The notes under the pieces: model-generated
The model's database searches: none
Told to the model about the DNA's origin: nothing
The model's input: only the letters and a program-made list of their open reading frames with translations
Part shown: positions 54,861 to 64,000 of the stretch, one piece after another
How the letters are laid out: every line of letters begins with the position of its first letter
Numbering within the stretch: the first letter of the stretch is position 1
Translations under genes and position numbers: made by a program
Origin: Clostridiaceae bacterium
GTDB taxonomy: Bacteria > Bacillota > Clostridia > Oscillospirales > Acutalibacteraceae
Assembly: GCA_016297645.1 (NCBI GenBank)
Contig: JAEDGF010000002.1
Location: 5,266 to 69,265, forward strand
Reading direction: 5' to 3'
Length of the DNA: 64,000 bases

Positions 54861-56963
54861 ATGACTGCAAAACCCGTATCGGACTACTTCGGCTGCCTTG
54901 TTTTCGACGACAGAGTGATGAAAGCAAAGCTGCCCTCGAAGGTCTACTCATCATTGAAAAAGACTATTGACGAAGGTGCTTCTCTCAATAATGAAGTTGC
55001 AAACGCAGTTGCCGACGCCATGAAAGACTGGGCGGTTGAACACGGTGCGACCCACTTCACGCATTGGTTCCAGCCCCTTACCGGAATAACCGCCGAAAAG
55101 CATGACAGCTTTATTACACCGTCACCCGACGGCGGCGTTATTATGGAGTTTTCGGGCAAGGAGCTTATAAAAGGTGAGCCTGATGCATCTTCTTTCCCCT
55201 CGGGCGGACTGAGAGCAACTTTCGAAGCGAGAGGATATACGGCTTGGGATCCCACATCGTATGCCTTCATAAAAGATAAAACACTTTGTATTCCCACAGC
55301 ATTCTGCTCTTACGCCGGAGATGCGCTCGACCAAAAAACACCGCTGCTTCGTTCAATGCAGGCACTCAACAAACAGGCGCTTAGAATTCTCCGTTTGTTC
55401 GGCAATACGGAGGTTAAATGTGTCCGTACTTCGGTAGGCCCCGAGCAGGAATATTTCCTTGTTGATAAAGAGATGCTTGAAAAACGCAAGGATCTTCTTT
55501 TCTGCGGCAGAACGCTTTTCGGAGCAAAAGCACCGAAGGGTCAGGAAATGGACGACCACTATTTCGGTGTTATAAAGCCGAGAGTCGCAGCCTTCATGGC
55601 TGAGCTTAACGAGGAGTTGTGGAAGCTCGGTGTTCTTGCAAAAACGGAACATAACGAAGTTGCACCGGCTCAGCACGAGCTTGCTCCCATCTACACCACC
55701 ACGAACATTGCCACCGATCACAATCAGCTTACAATGGAGGTAATGCAAAAGGTCGCTTCGAAGCACGGTCTTGTTTGTCTGCTTCACGAAAAGCCCTTCG
55801 ATGGTGTTAACGGAAGCGGCAAGCATAACAACTGGTCTATGGCTACCGACACAGGTGTTAACCTCCTGACTCCCGGTGATACACCGTATGAAAACGCACA
55901 GTTTTTGCTTCTCCTTTGCGCGGTTATTAAAGCGGTTGACGATTATCAGGATCTTCTCAGAGTTTCCGTTGCAACGGCAGGCAACGACCACCGTCTCGGC
56001 GCGAACGAAGCACCGCCCGCTGTCGTTTCGATATTCCTCGGTGATGAGCTTACCGCAGTTCTCGATGCTATTGAAAAAGACGCGCCTTACAACGGTGCAG
56101 AGAAAACGGTGATGAAGCTCGGCGTTCACACACTGCCGAAGTTTATAAGAGATACAACGGACAGAAACCGTACTTCGCCCTTTGCGTTTACCGGAAACAA
56201 ATTTGAGTTCAGAATGCTCGGTTCCGCAAACAGTATCGCGACGACCAACATCATGCTCAACGCCGCCGTTGCAGAGTCGCTTAAAGTATACGCCGACCGT
56301 CTTGAAGGTGCGGAGGATTTTGAAACCGCCCTTCATGAGATGATTAAAAAGACCATAAAAGATCACAAGCGTATCATTTTCAACGGAAACGGTTATGACG
56401 ACGCATGGATTAAGGAAGCCACCGAAACAAGAAAGCTCCTTAACCTCAGAACGACTCCCGACGCATATCCCACTCTCCTTGAAAAGAAAAACACCGATAT
56501 GCTTACTTCTCACAAGGTCTTTTCCATGGCTGAGATTAAAGCCCGTTACGAAACCGGACTTGAAAACTATGCAAAAACAGTCAACATCGAAGGGCTTACA
56601 ATGGTCGATATGGCGGTGAAAGAGATAATCCCGGCAATCGAGGCGTATGTAAAAGATTTGTCCGAGAGCGTGGCGGTAAAGAAATCGGCAGTATCCGGAA
56701 TTTCGTGCAAGTGCGAAACCGCGCTTATCAAAAAGCTCTCTCTGCTTGAAGACGAAGCATACGAAGCAGCGGAAAAGCTTGAAACGGCACTTGAAAAGTA
56801 TAAAGCGATTGAAGATATTACAAAAGCAGCTTTCTTTATCAGAGATACCGTCATTTCGGATATGGCGGAACTAAGGAAATACTGCGACGAAGCCGAAACA
56901 CTAACGGCAAAGAAATACTGGCCGTTCCCCACATACGGAGATTTGATGTTCGGCGTAAAATAA
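54861..56963 (+). CDS. glnN: Glutamine synthetase, type III (copy 2)
   Basis: 700 aa and colinear with copy 1 ([55 protein letters not shown]). AAGGAGG lies before the ATG. Confidence 0.9.
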   Translation: MTAKPVSDYFGCLVFDDRVMKAKLPSKVYSSLKKTIDEGASLNNEVANAVADAMKDWAVEHGATHFTHWFQPLTGITAEKHDSFITPSPDGGVIMEFSGKELIKGEPDASSFPSGGLRATFEARGYTAWDPTSYAFIKDKTLCIPTAFCSYAGDALDQKTPLLRSMQALNKQALRILRLFGNTEVKCVRTSVGPEQEYFLVDKEMLEKRKDLLFCGRTLFGAKAPKGQEMDDHYFGVIKPRVAAFMAELNEELWKLGVLAKTEHNEVAPAQHELAPIYTTTNIATDHNQLTMEVMQKVASKHGLVCLLHEKPFDGVNGSGKHNNWSMATDTGVNLLTPGDTPYENAQFLLLLCAVIKAVDDYQDLLRVSVATAGNDHRLGANEAPPAVVSIFLGDELTAVLDAIEKDAPYNGAEKTVMKLGVHTLPKFIRDTTDRNRTSPFAFTGNKFEFRMLGSANSIATTNIMLNAAVAESLKVYADRLEGAEDFETALHEMIKKTIKDHKRIIFNGNGYDDAWIKEATETRKLLNLRTTPDAYPTLLEKKNTDMLTSHKVFSMAEIKARYETGLENYAKTVNIEGLTMVDMAVKEIIPAIEAYVKDLSESVAVKKSAVSGISCKCETALIKKLSLLEDEAYEAAEKLETALEKYKAIEDITKAAFFIRDTVISDMAELRKYCDEAETLTAKKYWPFPTYGDLMFGVK

Positions 56964-56977
56964 ACAGAATACAAAAA

Positions 56978-57207
56978 GCGTTTGAGTCAGGAAAAGTAAC
57001 GCGGAAGGTCGGCGTCAGCGAACGGGGGACGGTGTAAGCCCCGTGCAGGACACCGCGCGAAGAACACCTGATGAGCTGCGAGCCGAACACGGTTTCTTCC
57101 GTAACTAAGCGAGCCGGAGTTGTTCTCCGTTAAACGAACAGAGCTTTTATTGAAGCGAAAAGAGAAAAAAAGATAGGTGGCACCGCGAGTTACGGCACTT
57201 GCCCTAT
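56978..57207 (+). promoter_or_regulatory. T-box leader RNA, Asn specifier (AAC)
   Basis: The stem I base GUUUGAGUCAGGAAAAGUAAC resembles the GA/K-turn region, with distal AGCGAA and GGUGUAA motifs. The specifier is GAAG-AAC-A at 57063-57065. The antiterminator is canonical: AUAGG-UGGCACC-GCGAG-loop-CUUGC-CCUAU (57173-57207). Confidence 0.75.
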
Positions 57208-57240
57208 TGAATGCTGAATAATTTTTCGGAGGAAAAAACA

Positions 57241-58818
57241 ATGTGTTCAATAATGGGTTACTGTGATTTGTGTGACACCTATTCGTCTTTTAAAGAGGGC
57301 TTTGACAAGACCGTTTCGAGAGGACCCGACGACAGCAAAATAATCGATACGGGAAAAGGGCTTCTCGGTTTTCATCGACTTTCGATAATGGGACTTTCGC
57401 CCGAGGGTATGCAGCCGTTTGAGCTTGACGGAAGCTACGCTGTCTGCAACGGTGAGATTTACGGCTTCGAGAAGATAAAGGAAGAGCTTTCGAAAAAATA
57501 TACCTTCAAAAGCGGCTCCGACTGCGAGATAATTCTCCCGATGTATAAAGAGTACGGCACTGATATGTTCGCAATGCTTGACGCGGAATTTGCCATGATA
57601 ATTTATGACGGCTCAAAGGGCGAATACATCGCTGCGAGAGATCCGATAGGAATCCGTCCGCTGTTTTACGGCTATGACGACAAAGGCGTTATTCTTTTCG
57701 CAAGCGAAGCAATCAACATTGTCGGTATTTGCAAAAAAGTTATGCCGTTCCCGCCGGGACATTACTATAAAGACGGCAAGTTTATCTGCTACTGCGATAT
57801 CGCCGCAGTAAAAGACATTTGTCATGATTCTCTTGAAACCGTTTGCTCAAAAATTCACGATAAACTGATAGCCGGTGTAGAAAAACGCCTTGTCGCAGAC
57901 GCAAAGGTCGGATTCCTTCTTTCCGGCGGACTCGATTCTTCTCTTGTCTGTGCAATTGCGGCCAAGAAAAGCGGACAGCCCATTAAGACTTTCGCTATCG
58001 GAATGACCGAGGACGCAATCGACCTTAAATATGCAAAGCAGGTTGCAGACTATATCGGTAGCGATCACACAGAAGTTTATATGACGAAGGAACAAGTAAT
58101 ATCAGAGCTTGAAACTGTCATCCATAAACTCGGAACTTACGATATAACAACTATCCGTGCCAGCATGGGAATGTATCTTCTTTGCAAATGGATTCATGAG
58201 AATACCGATATCCGTGTTCTTCTTACAGGTGAAATATCGGACGAGCTTTTCGGATATAAGTATACGGATTTCGCTCCGTCTGCCGAAGAGTTTCAGAGGG
58301 AATCACAAAAGAGAATCAGAGAGCTTTATATGTACGATGTTTTGAGAGCCGACAGATGCATTTCCGAAAACTCTCTTGAAGCTCGTGTCCCCTTCGGTGA
58401 CCTTGATTTTGTCAAATATGTTCTCTCTGTCGATCCCGAAAAGAAAATGAATGTATATAACAAGGGCAAATATCTGCTCCGTCATGCCTTTGAGGGCGAC
58501 TACCTTCCTCATGACATTCTTTACAGAGAAAAAGCGGCATTTTCCGACGCTGTCGGTCATTCAATGGTCGATTATCTTAAAGAGTATGCAAACGGTCTTT
58601 ATTCCGACAGCGAATTTGCGGAAAAGAGCAGCAAGTACACACACGCAAAGCCCTTTACGAAGGAATCGCTTCTGTACAGAGAGATATTCGAAAAATACTA
58701 TCCCGGTCAGAGCGACATGGTCGTTAATTTCTGGATGCCGAACAAGGAGTGGGAGGGCTGCGATGTCGATGATCCCTCGGCTCGCGTTCTCTCGAACTAC
58801 GGTGCAAGCGGAAAATAA
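57241..58818 (+). CDS. asnB: Asparagine synthase (glutamine-hydrolysing)
   Basis: MC start (Ntn nucleophile Cys2) and SGGLDSS pyrophosphatase loop. 525 aa. Confidence 0.9.
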   Translation: MCSIMGYCDLCDTYSSFKEGFDKTVSRGPDDSKIIDTGKGLLGFHRLSIMGLSPEGMQPFELDGSYAVCNGEIYGFEKIKEELSKKYTFKSGSDCEIILPMYKEYGTDMFAMLDAEFAMIIYDGSKGEYIAARDPIGIRPLFYGYDDKGVILFASEAINIVGICKKVMPFPPGHYYKDGKFICYCDIAAVKDICHDSLETVCSKIHDKLIAGVEKRLVADAKVGFLLSGGLDSSLVCAIAAKKSGQPIKTFAIGMTEDAIDLKYAKQVADYIGSDHTEVYMTKEQVISELETVIHKLGTYDITTIRASMGMYLLCKWIHENTDIRVLLTGEISDELFGYKYTDFAPSAEEFQRESQKRIRELYMYDVLRADRCISENSLEARVPFGDLDFVKYVLSVDPEKKMNVYNKGKYLLRHAFEGDYLPHDILYREKAAFSDAVGHSMVDYLKEYANGLYSDSEFAEKSSKYTHAKPFTKESLLYREIFEKYYPGQSDMVVNFWMPNKEWEGCDVDDPSARVLSNYGASGK

Positions 58819-58846
58819 TAATTGACGAAAAAAATTGCAGACATAA

Positions 58847-58878
58847 GCGCATCGGAATAAACTTCCGGTGCGTTTTTT
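58847..58878 (+). terminator. Intrinsic terminator after asnB
   Basis: gcgcatcgg / ccggtgcg stem followed by tttttt. Confidence 0.7.
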
Positions 58879-59019
58879 CCGAGTTGTATATTTTCAGGAA
58901 AAAACTCCAAAGAAAAAACACAGTTGATTTGTTGAAAACAGTAGATTTTAAAAGTATTATGTGATAAAATAAATTTTGATTGAGTCAAAGGACGCAAAGG
59001 AACTGTTAAGGGGCTATGT

Positions 59020-59979
59020 ATGAATCTGCTTCACATGAAATACGCGGTTGAAATAGCCGAAACGAACTCCCTGAATAAAGCGGCGGAGCATTTGTTCGTG
59101 GGGCAGTCGGCGCTCAGCCGCGCCGTCAAAGAGCTTGAGCTGAATCTCGGTGTGACGCTCTTTGAGCGCAGCGCAAAGGGAATGACTTTGACTCCGGACG
59201 GCGAAACATTTATCGGTTATGCGCGCGGTGTTTTGAAGCAGGTAGAGAATATCGAAAATGTATTCAAAAAGAAAAGTGCCGTAAAAAAGAGCTTTTCGCT
59301 GTCTGCACCCCGTTCGAGCTACATTTGTGAGGCGTTTGCCGATTTTTCGAAAGGCTTTTCCGCTTTTGACGATATTGAGGTTTTTTACAGTGAAACGAAT
59401 ACCATGCGTACCGTGAAAAATGTCATGCAGGACGATTTTCGTCTCGGAATCGTGCGTTACGCCGAGGAGCTTGACAGATACTATAAATCTCTGTTCGATG
59501 AAGAATCGCTGAATTACGAGGTCATATGCGAATTTCGTTATGTGCTTTTGGCAAGTGAGAAAAGTACGCTCGCAGAAAAAGAAGCCGTTTCATTTGATGA
59601 TTTGAAGGGATATATCGAAATTCTCCACGCAGACCCGTCTGTGCCGTCACTCCCGTTCTCCGATTTGAAAAAGACCGAAAAGCCGGACGGAACGGGGAAG
59701 AAGATATATGTTTTCGAAAGGGCAAGTCAGTTTGAACTTCTCTCGAAAAATCCCGATACCTTTATGTGGGTCGCCCCTGTTTCCGACGAAATAATGCAGC
59801 GGTATTCGCTATGTAATCTCCCATGCGGAGAAAACAACCGGCTCTACAAGGATGTGCTCGTCTACAAAAAAGATTACAGCCTGACTGAACTTGACAATAG
59901 ATTTATCGACCTGCTTGTCAAAGCCAAGCGGAGGTTTTTTCCGGCGACAGGTTCGAGAAATAACGGGAGGTATTTATGA
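59020..59979 (+). CDS. LysR-family transcriptional regulator
   Basis: N-terminal HTH MNLLHMKYAVEIAETNSLNKAAEHLFVGQSALSRAVKELE plus a substrate-binding domain. Confidence 0.85.
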   Translation: MNLLHMKYAVEIAETNSLNKAAEHLFVGQSALSRAVKELELNLGVTLFERSAKGMTLTPDGETFIGYARGVLKQVENIENVFKKKSAVKKSFSLSAPRSSYICEAFADFSKGFSAFDDIEVFYSETNTMRTVKNVMQDDFRLGIVRYAEELDRYYKSLFDEESLNYEVICEFRYVLLASEKSTLAEKEAVSFDDLKGYIEILHADPSVPSLPFSDLKKTEKPDGTGKKIYVFERASQFELLSKNPDTFMWVAPVSDEIMQRYSLCNLPCGENNRLYKDVLVYKKDYSLTELDNRFIDLLVKAKRRFFPATGSRNNGRYL

Positions 59980-60722
59980 ATTTTGACAGGATTATTGCAG
60001 TAAGAAACGATAAAACGGTCTACCGCGATTCCGAACGGTGCCTGAAAGTTTTTAATTCCGGCTACACAAAGGCGGATGTCCTTAACGAGGCGCTCAACCA
60101 GGCAAGGCTTGAATGCAGCGAACTCAATGTCCCGAAGGTGCTTGAAGTTACCGAAATCGACGGCAAATGGACGATAATATCGGAATTTATAAGGGGAAAA
60201 ACACTTGAACAGCTTATGAAGGACAGCCCCGAAAAAAAAGAGGAGCTTCTTCGGCGTTTTGTGTCCTTGCAGATACAAACACAGGGAGTTGTTTGCGAAG
60301 GACTTATTTCTCTTAAAGAAAAAATGATACTTAACATAAGCCGCAGTGATCTTGTTGCGACAACGCGTTACGATCTTCTGATGAAGGTTGAAGCAATGCA
60401 CAAGGACAATAAGGTCTGCCATTGCGAGTTCGAACCTTCAAACATAATCGTTACGGACGCAGGCGAGGCGTACATCGTAGATTGGGCGCACGCCGCTCAG
60501 GGTGATCCGCTTGCCGACGCTGCGAGAACATATCTGTATTTCTACTTACAGGGAGATAAGGACGGCGCTCGGCAGTATCTTGATCTTTACTGTGAAATGA
60601 GCGCTTCCGATGCACAGGTCGTAAAAAAATGGCTGCCGCTTGTTGCGGCTGCCCGCAGCACGGGCTGCAACTCTGCCGAACGCGATATGCTGATAAATTT
60701 AGTTAACTCACAGATTTTTTAA
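59976..60722 (+). CDS. APH/choline-kinase-fold kinase-like protein with a variant catalytic loop (HCEFEPSN)
   Basis: Brenner-type motif H-x-[D>E]-x4-N and downstream IVDW. The start overlaps the LysR stop (ATGA). Confidence 0.6.
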   Translation: MNFDRIIAVRNDKTVYRDSERCLKVFNSGYTKADVLNEALNQARLECSELNVPKVLEVTEIDGKWTIISEFIRGKTLEQLMKDSPEKKEELLRRFVSLQIQTQGVVCEGLISLKEKMILNISRSDLVATTRYDLLMKVEAMHKDNKVCHCEFEPSNIIVTDAGEAYIVDWAHAAQGDPLADAARTYLYFYLQGDKDGARQYLDLYCEMSASDAQVVKKWLPLVAAARSTGCNSAERDMLINLVNSQIF

Positions 60723-60738
60723 GGAGGATACATAATAT

Positions 60739-60984
60739 ATGAAAATTACTGTATGCATAGGCTCGTCATGCCATATCAAGGGTTCAAGACAGGTTGTCGA
60801 GCAGTTCCAGACGCTCATAAGCGAATATAACCTCGGCGACCGTGTTGAGCTTGCCGGTACATTTTGCATGGGTAAATGCGACAAGGGCGTATGCGTTACG
60901 ATTGACGATGATTTCTTTTCTGTTGCACCCGAGCTTGCAAAAGAGTTTTTCGTTGAAAATGTTCTGTCGAAGGTGAGAAGATGA
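60739..60984 (+). CDS. Thioredoxin-like [2Fe-2S] ferredoxin (copy 1)
   Basis: The Cys pattern ICIGSSCHIKG ... FCMGKC fits the NuoE/HymA-like small ferredoxin fold. Confidence 0.7.
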   Translation: MKITVCIGSSCHIKGSRQVVEQFQTLISEYNLGDRVELAGTFCMGKCDKGVCVTIDDDFFSVAPELAKEFFVENVLSKVRR

Positions 60985-61229
60985 TAATTCAGATTTGCGT
61001 CGGTTCTTCATGCCATATAAAAGGCTCGGAGGAGCTTGTTGATCTTTTTCAGGATGCCATAGCTAAGAACGGTCTTGAAGGCGAAATAACACTTGCCGGA
61101 AGTTTTTGTACCGGCAGATGTAATCGCGAGGGCGTAACCGTTGCGGTGGATGATGATGTTTTTACGGGTGTTACCCCCGAAAAGTTTGAGGCGTTTTTTG
61201 AAGAAAACATATTGAAAAGAATAAAGTAA
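60981..61229 (+). CDS. Thioredoxin-like [2Fe-2S] ferredoxin (copy 2, tandem paralogue)
   Basis: ICVGSSCHIKG ... FCTGRC. Overlaps copy 1 by 4 nt. Confidence 0.7.
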   Translation: MIIQICVGSSCHIKGSEELVDLFQDAIAKNGLEGEITLAGSFCTGRCNREGVTVAVDDDVFTGVTPEKFEAFFEENILKRIK

Positions 61230-61248
61230 TCGTCGGGAGATTTTACTT

Positions 61249-62922
61249 ATGGAATGCCTTACATTAAAAAAATCAAATTGCAAGAACTGCTATAAGTGTA
61301 TTCGCCACTGTCCGGTAAAATCAATTCGTTTTTCCGGAAATCAGGCGTATATTATCGGAAATGAGTGCATTATGTGCGGTCAGTGCTTTGTTGTTTGTCC
61401 GCAGGATGCAAAGCAGATAGTTGACGAAACCGAAAAGGTCAAGGTTCTTCTTCAATCGGGCGATCCCGTTATAATAAGCCTTGCGCCGTCGTTCATTGCG
61501 AACTACGAGGGTGTAGGTATCGGCGCAATGCGCGAAGCCGCGAAAAAGCTCGGCTTTTTTGATGTTGAAGAAACGGCGATAGGTGCTACGATAGTTAAAA
61601 ACGAGTATGAAAAAATGCTTGCGGACGGCACAAGAGATATTCTTATATCCTCCTGCTGTCATTCCGTTAATCTGCTTATTCAAAAATATTTTCCGTCGGT
61701 TTTGCCCTATCTTGCGGATATCGTTTCTCCCATGCAGGCACACTGCAAAGATATAAAACGCCGTTACCCGAACGCAAAAACTGTTTTCGTCGGGCCGTGC
61801 GTTGCAAAGAAGGATGAAGCTCAGTATTACGAGGGGATAGTTGACGCCGTTCTTACATTTGATGAGCTTACGGCGTGGTTGAAGGCGGAGAATGTTGTCC
61901 CCGAAGTCAAAGAAGATGAGGGCGATGAAGGTCTTGCACGCTTCTTCCCCACTACGGGCGGTATTCTTAAATCAATGACGGAAACCTCGCCCGACTACAC
62001 CTATATGGCTATCGACGGTACGGAAAACTGTATTTCCGCACTTAAAGATATTTCTGAGGGCAAAATTCACCGCTGCTTTATTGAAATGTCGGCGTGTGTC
62101 GGCAGCTGTGTCGGAGGTCCCGTAATGGAAAAATTCCACCGTTCACCGATAAAGGATTATCTTGCCGTTGCCCACTTTGCAAAAGATAAAGATTTTGAAG
62201 TCGTCCAGCCGGAAGAAATCGAAATGCAGAAAAACTTTACTGCAATTGAAAAGAAGCTGCAACCGCCTACGGAGTCCGAAATACGCGAGATACTCCGTCA
62301 GATGGGTAAAATGAAGCCGTCCGACGAGCTTAACTGCGGCTCCTGTGGCTACGACAGCTGCCGCGAAAAAGCCATTGCAATTTATCAGGGCAAGGCTGAA
62401 ATCTCCATGTGTCTGCCGTATCTTAAAGACAAGGCGGAGAGCTTTTCCGACACGATCGTCAGAAATACGCCGAACGGACTTATTGTCCTGAATGAAAAGC
62501 TCGAAGTTCAGCAAATAAACAAGGCAGCGCTTAAAATAATGAACCTTCGTTTTGCCTCAGATATTCTCGGCGACGGTGTTGTACGCATTATGGACACCTC
62601 CGATTTTGTGTCCGTACTCAATACCGGTTCGAGAATCGAAGGTAAACGCGTATATCTTGCCGAATATGATAAATATGTAGAAGAAACAATTGTTTACGAC
62701 CGTGAGTTCAGACTTTTGATATGCATTCTCAGGGATGTTACTGAGGAGGAAACTCAGCGCGAGAAGAAGGAAAATATCAGCCGTCAGACTGTTGAAATAG
62801 CAGACAAGGTCGTTGATAAACAAATGCGTATTGTTCAGGAAATTGCTTCACTGTTGGGCGAAACCGCAGCCGAAACAAAAATCGCACTCTCAAAATTGAA
62901 GGAGTCGATAAACAATGAATAA
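61249..62922 (+). CDS. hydS: Sensory [FeFe]-hydrogenase-like protein (HydS, group C) with a C-terminal PAS-like domain
   Basis: Two N-terminal 4Fe-4S motifs (CKNCYKCIRHCP, CIMCGQCFVVCP). H-domain motifs SSCCH, GPCVAKKDE and EMSACVGSCVGGP. An extra Cx2Cx4Cx16C motif (CGSCGYDSC...C), then a PAS-like region. Confidence 0.8.
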   Translation: MECLTLKKSNCKNCYKCIRHCPVKSIRFSGNQAYIIGNECIMCGQCFVVCPQDAKQIVDETEKVKVLLQSGDPVIISLAPSFIANYEGVGIGAMREAAKKLGFFDVEETAIGATIVKNEYEKMLADGTRDILISSCCHSVNLLIQKYFPSVLPYLADIVSPMQAHCKDIKRRYPNAKTVFVGPCVAKKDEAQYYEGIVDAVLTFDELTAWLKAENVVPEVKEDEGDEGLARFFPTTGGILKSMTETSPDYTYMAIDGTENCISALKDISEGKIHRCFIEMSACVGSCVGGPVMEKFHRSPIKDYLAVAHFAKDKDFEVVQPEEIEMQKNFTAIEKKLQPPTESEIREILRQMGKMKPSDELNCGSCGYDSCREKAIAIYQGKAEISMCLPYLKDKAESFSDTIVRNTPNGLIVLNEKLEVQQINKAALKIMNLRFASDILGDGVVRIMDTSDFVSVLNTGSRIEGKRVYLAEYDKYVEETIVYDREFRLLICILRDVTEEETQREKKENISRQTVEIADKVVDKQMRIVQEIASLLGETAAETKIALSKLKESINNE

Positions 62923-64000
62923 TCTATGCGCAGATATAGGTTGGAAAAGCATCAACCACGAGGGTGAGCAGCTCTGCGGCGACCATGTCGATATAGTCGA
63001 GCAAGGCGAGGACTCCACCGTTATCGTTCTTGCCGACGGACTGGGAAGCGGAGTAAAAGCCAGCATTCTTTCGACTCTTACGTCAAAAATGATTTCAACC
63101 ATGATGGCAGAGGGGATATCCTTGGAGGAATGCGTTTCAGCAATTGCCGCAACGCTGCCGATTTGCTCCGTAAGGGGAGTAGCTTATTCTACGTTTACGA
63201 TAATCCACCTGAAAGACAATTCAACGGCGGAAATAATACAGTATGATAATCCGCCGGTCATAATGTTCCGCAACTTTGAAAGATATGATTACCCGAAGCA
63301 GGAATTAAACATAGACGGTAAGAAAATTTTTAAATCGGTTATCCAGCTCAATGAGGACGATTGCTTTGTCGTGATGAGCGACGGTTGTCCGCACGCCGGA
63401 ATAGGGACGGCTTTCAACTTCGGTTGGAAGGTAGACGAAATTGCCGATTTTATGCAGAGCATTGTGCCTGTCGGTTACACGGCAAAAACGCTTTCAACCA
63501 TGCTTGTTGACGAATGTGATAAGCTGTACGGAAACCACCCCGGGGATGACGCAACGGCTTGCGTTGTCCGGATAAGAAAACGCTGTCAGGTAAATCTCCT
63601 GTTCGGTCCTCCCCGCAACCGCGATGACTGCAACAGAATGATGTCGCTTTTCTTTTCAAAAGAGGGTAAGCACATTGTCTGCGGCGGAACGACTTCTTCA
63701 ATTGTGTCGAAATATCTCGGCAAACCCGTAAGGGCAAGCTTGAAATATGAACGCAGCGATGTTCCCCCGATTGCGGAAATCGAAGGCGTCGACCTCGTGA
63801 CCGAAGGCGTTATTACGATAAACAAAGTTATCGAATATGCCAAAGACGCACTCGGGACAAACGAGCTTTACGAGCATTGGGGATATAAGCGTGACGGCGC
63901 TTCGCTTATCTGCCGTATGCTTTTTGAAGAAGCCACTGACATAAATTTCTATGTCGGGCGCGCCGTAAACCCGGCTCACCAAAATCCCGATCTTCCCATC
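62915..64000 (+). CDS. PP2C/SpoIIE-family serine phosphatase, 3' end outside the window
   Basis: ATG 62915 overlaps the hydS stop region. Motifs GDHVDIV, VLADGLGSGVKAS, SDG and DDATA. The frame is open to the window end, so it is absent from the ORF track. Confidence 0.75.
   Translation, partial: MNNLCADIGWKSINHEGEQLCGDHVDIVEQGEDSTVIVLADGLGSGVKASILSTLTSKMISTMMAEGISLEECVSAIAATLPICSVRGVAYSTFTIIHLKDNSTAEIIQYDNPPVIMFRNFERYDYPKQELNIDGKKIFKSVIQLNEDDCFVVMSDGCPHAGIGTAFNFGWKVDEIADFMQSIVPVGYTAKTLSTMLVDECDKLYGNHPGDDATACVVRIRKRCQVNLLFGPPRNRDDCNRMMSLFFSKEGKHIVCGGTTSSIVSKYLGKPVRASLKYERSDVPPIAEIEGVDLVTEGVITINKVIEYAKDALGTNELYEHWGYKRDGASLICRMLFEEATDINFYVGRAVNPAHQNPDLPI

Noticed and set aside
54796-54861. 21-codon uORF ([21 protein letters not shown]) whose TAA overlaps the glnN-2 ATG
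   Set aside because: No Shine-Dalgarno sequence precedes its ATG, and the ORF lies entirely within the leader hairpin. It is probably a by-product of RNA structure, though leader-peptide coupling cannot be excluded without Ribo-seq.
55353-56513. 386-aa minus-strand ORF
   Set aside because: It is antisense to glnN-2 and is a shadow ORF. The same applies to 44120-44662, opposite glnN-1.
57208-57232. Intrinsic terminator or SD-sequestering helix for the Asn T-box
   Set aside because: I could not find a stable helix that pairs the 3' strand of the antiterminator with downstream sequence. Only an AU-rich stretch and UUUUU are present. This is left as an open question in the findings rather than annotated.

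Overview
This 64-kb chromosomal window appears to come from a sporulating Clostridia-class Firmicute, probably Oscillospiraceae/Ruminococcaceae-like. That placement rests on gene content: yabP-yabQ-divIC, type III glutamine synthetases and a HydS-type sensory hydrogenase. All product calls come from motif recognition in the supplied translations; no database search was possible.

About 55 genes are called, mostly on the + strand and mostly housekeeping:
- phoH-ybeY-era-recO, GTP-dependent PEP carboxykinase, dapA-asd, queA, pncB, trmK, rqcH, araB, dnaE, pfkA, ppiB, hpf, tdk and asnB.
- Two glnN paralogues, two GPH-family symporters and several XRE regulators.
- No rRNA gene, complete tRNA gene, CRISPR array, transposase, integrase or recognisable defence system was seen.

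The parts that routine annotation would not explain are:
1. A five-gene operon (49.7-54.6 kb) in which a class-III aminotransferase and a split transketolase are bracketed by two paralogous SCP2-like proteins. It sits behind a 670-nt control region that also holds a 25-codon hydrophobic mini-ORF with its own terminator.
2. A 282-nt non-coding segment after pck, bounded by 29-nt inverted repeats that look like tRNA T-arm plus acceptor 3' ends.
3. A Fur/PerR-family gene split by a frameshift.
4. Promoter-proximal terminator hairpins in the leaders of both glnN paralogues, and an Asn T-box between glnN-2 and asnB.
5. A putative H2-sensing module: LysR, an APH-fold kinase-like protein, two thioredoxin-like [2Fe-2S] ferredoxins, HydS and a PP2C phosphatase.
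6. Structured, repeat-containing leaders in front of two XRE regulator genes. One of these regulators is membrane-anchored and overlaps a secreted beta-rich protein of unknown family.
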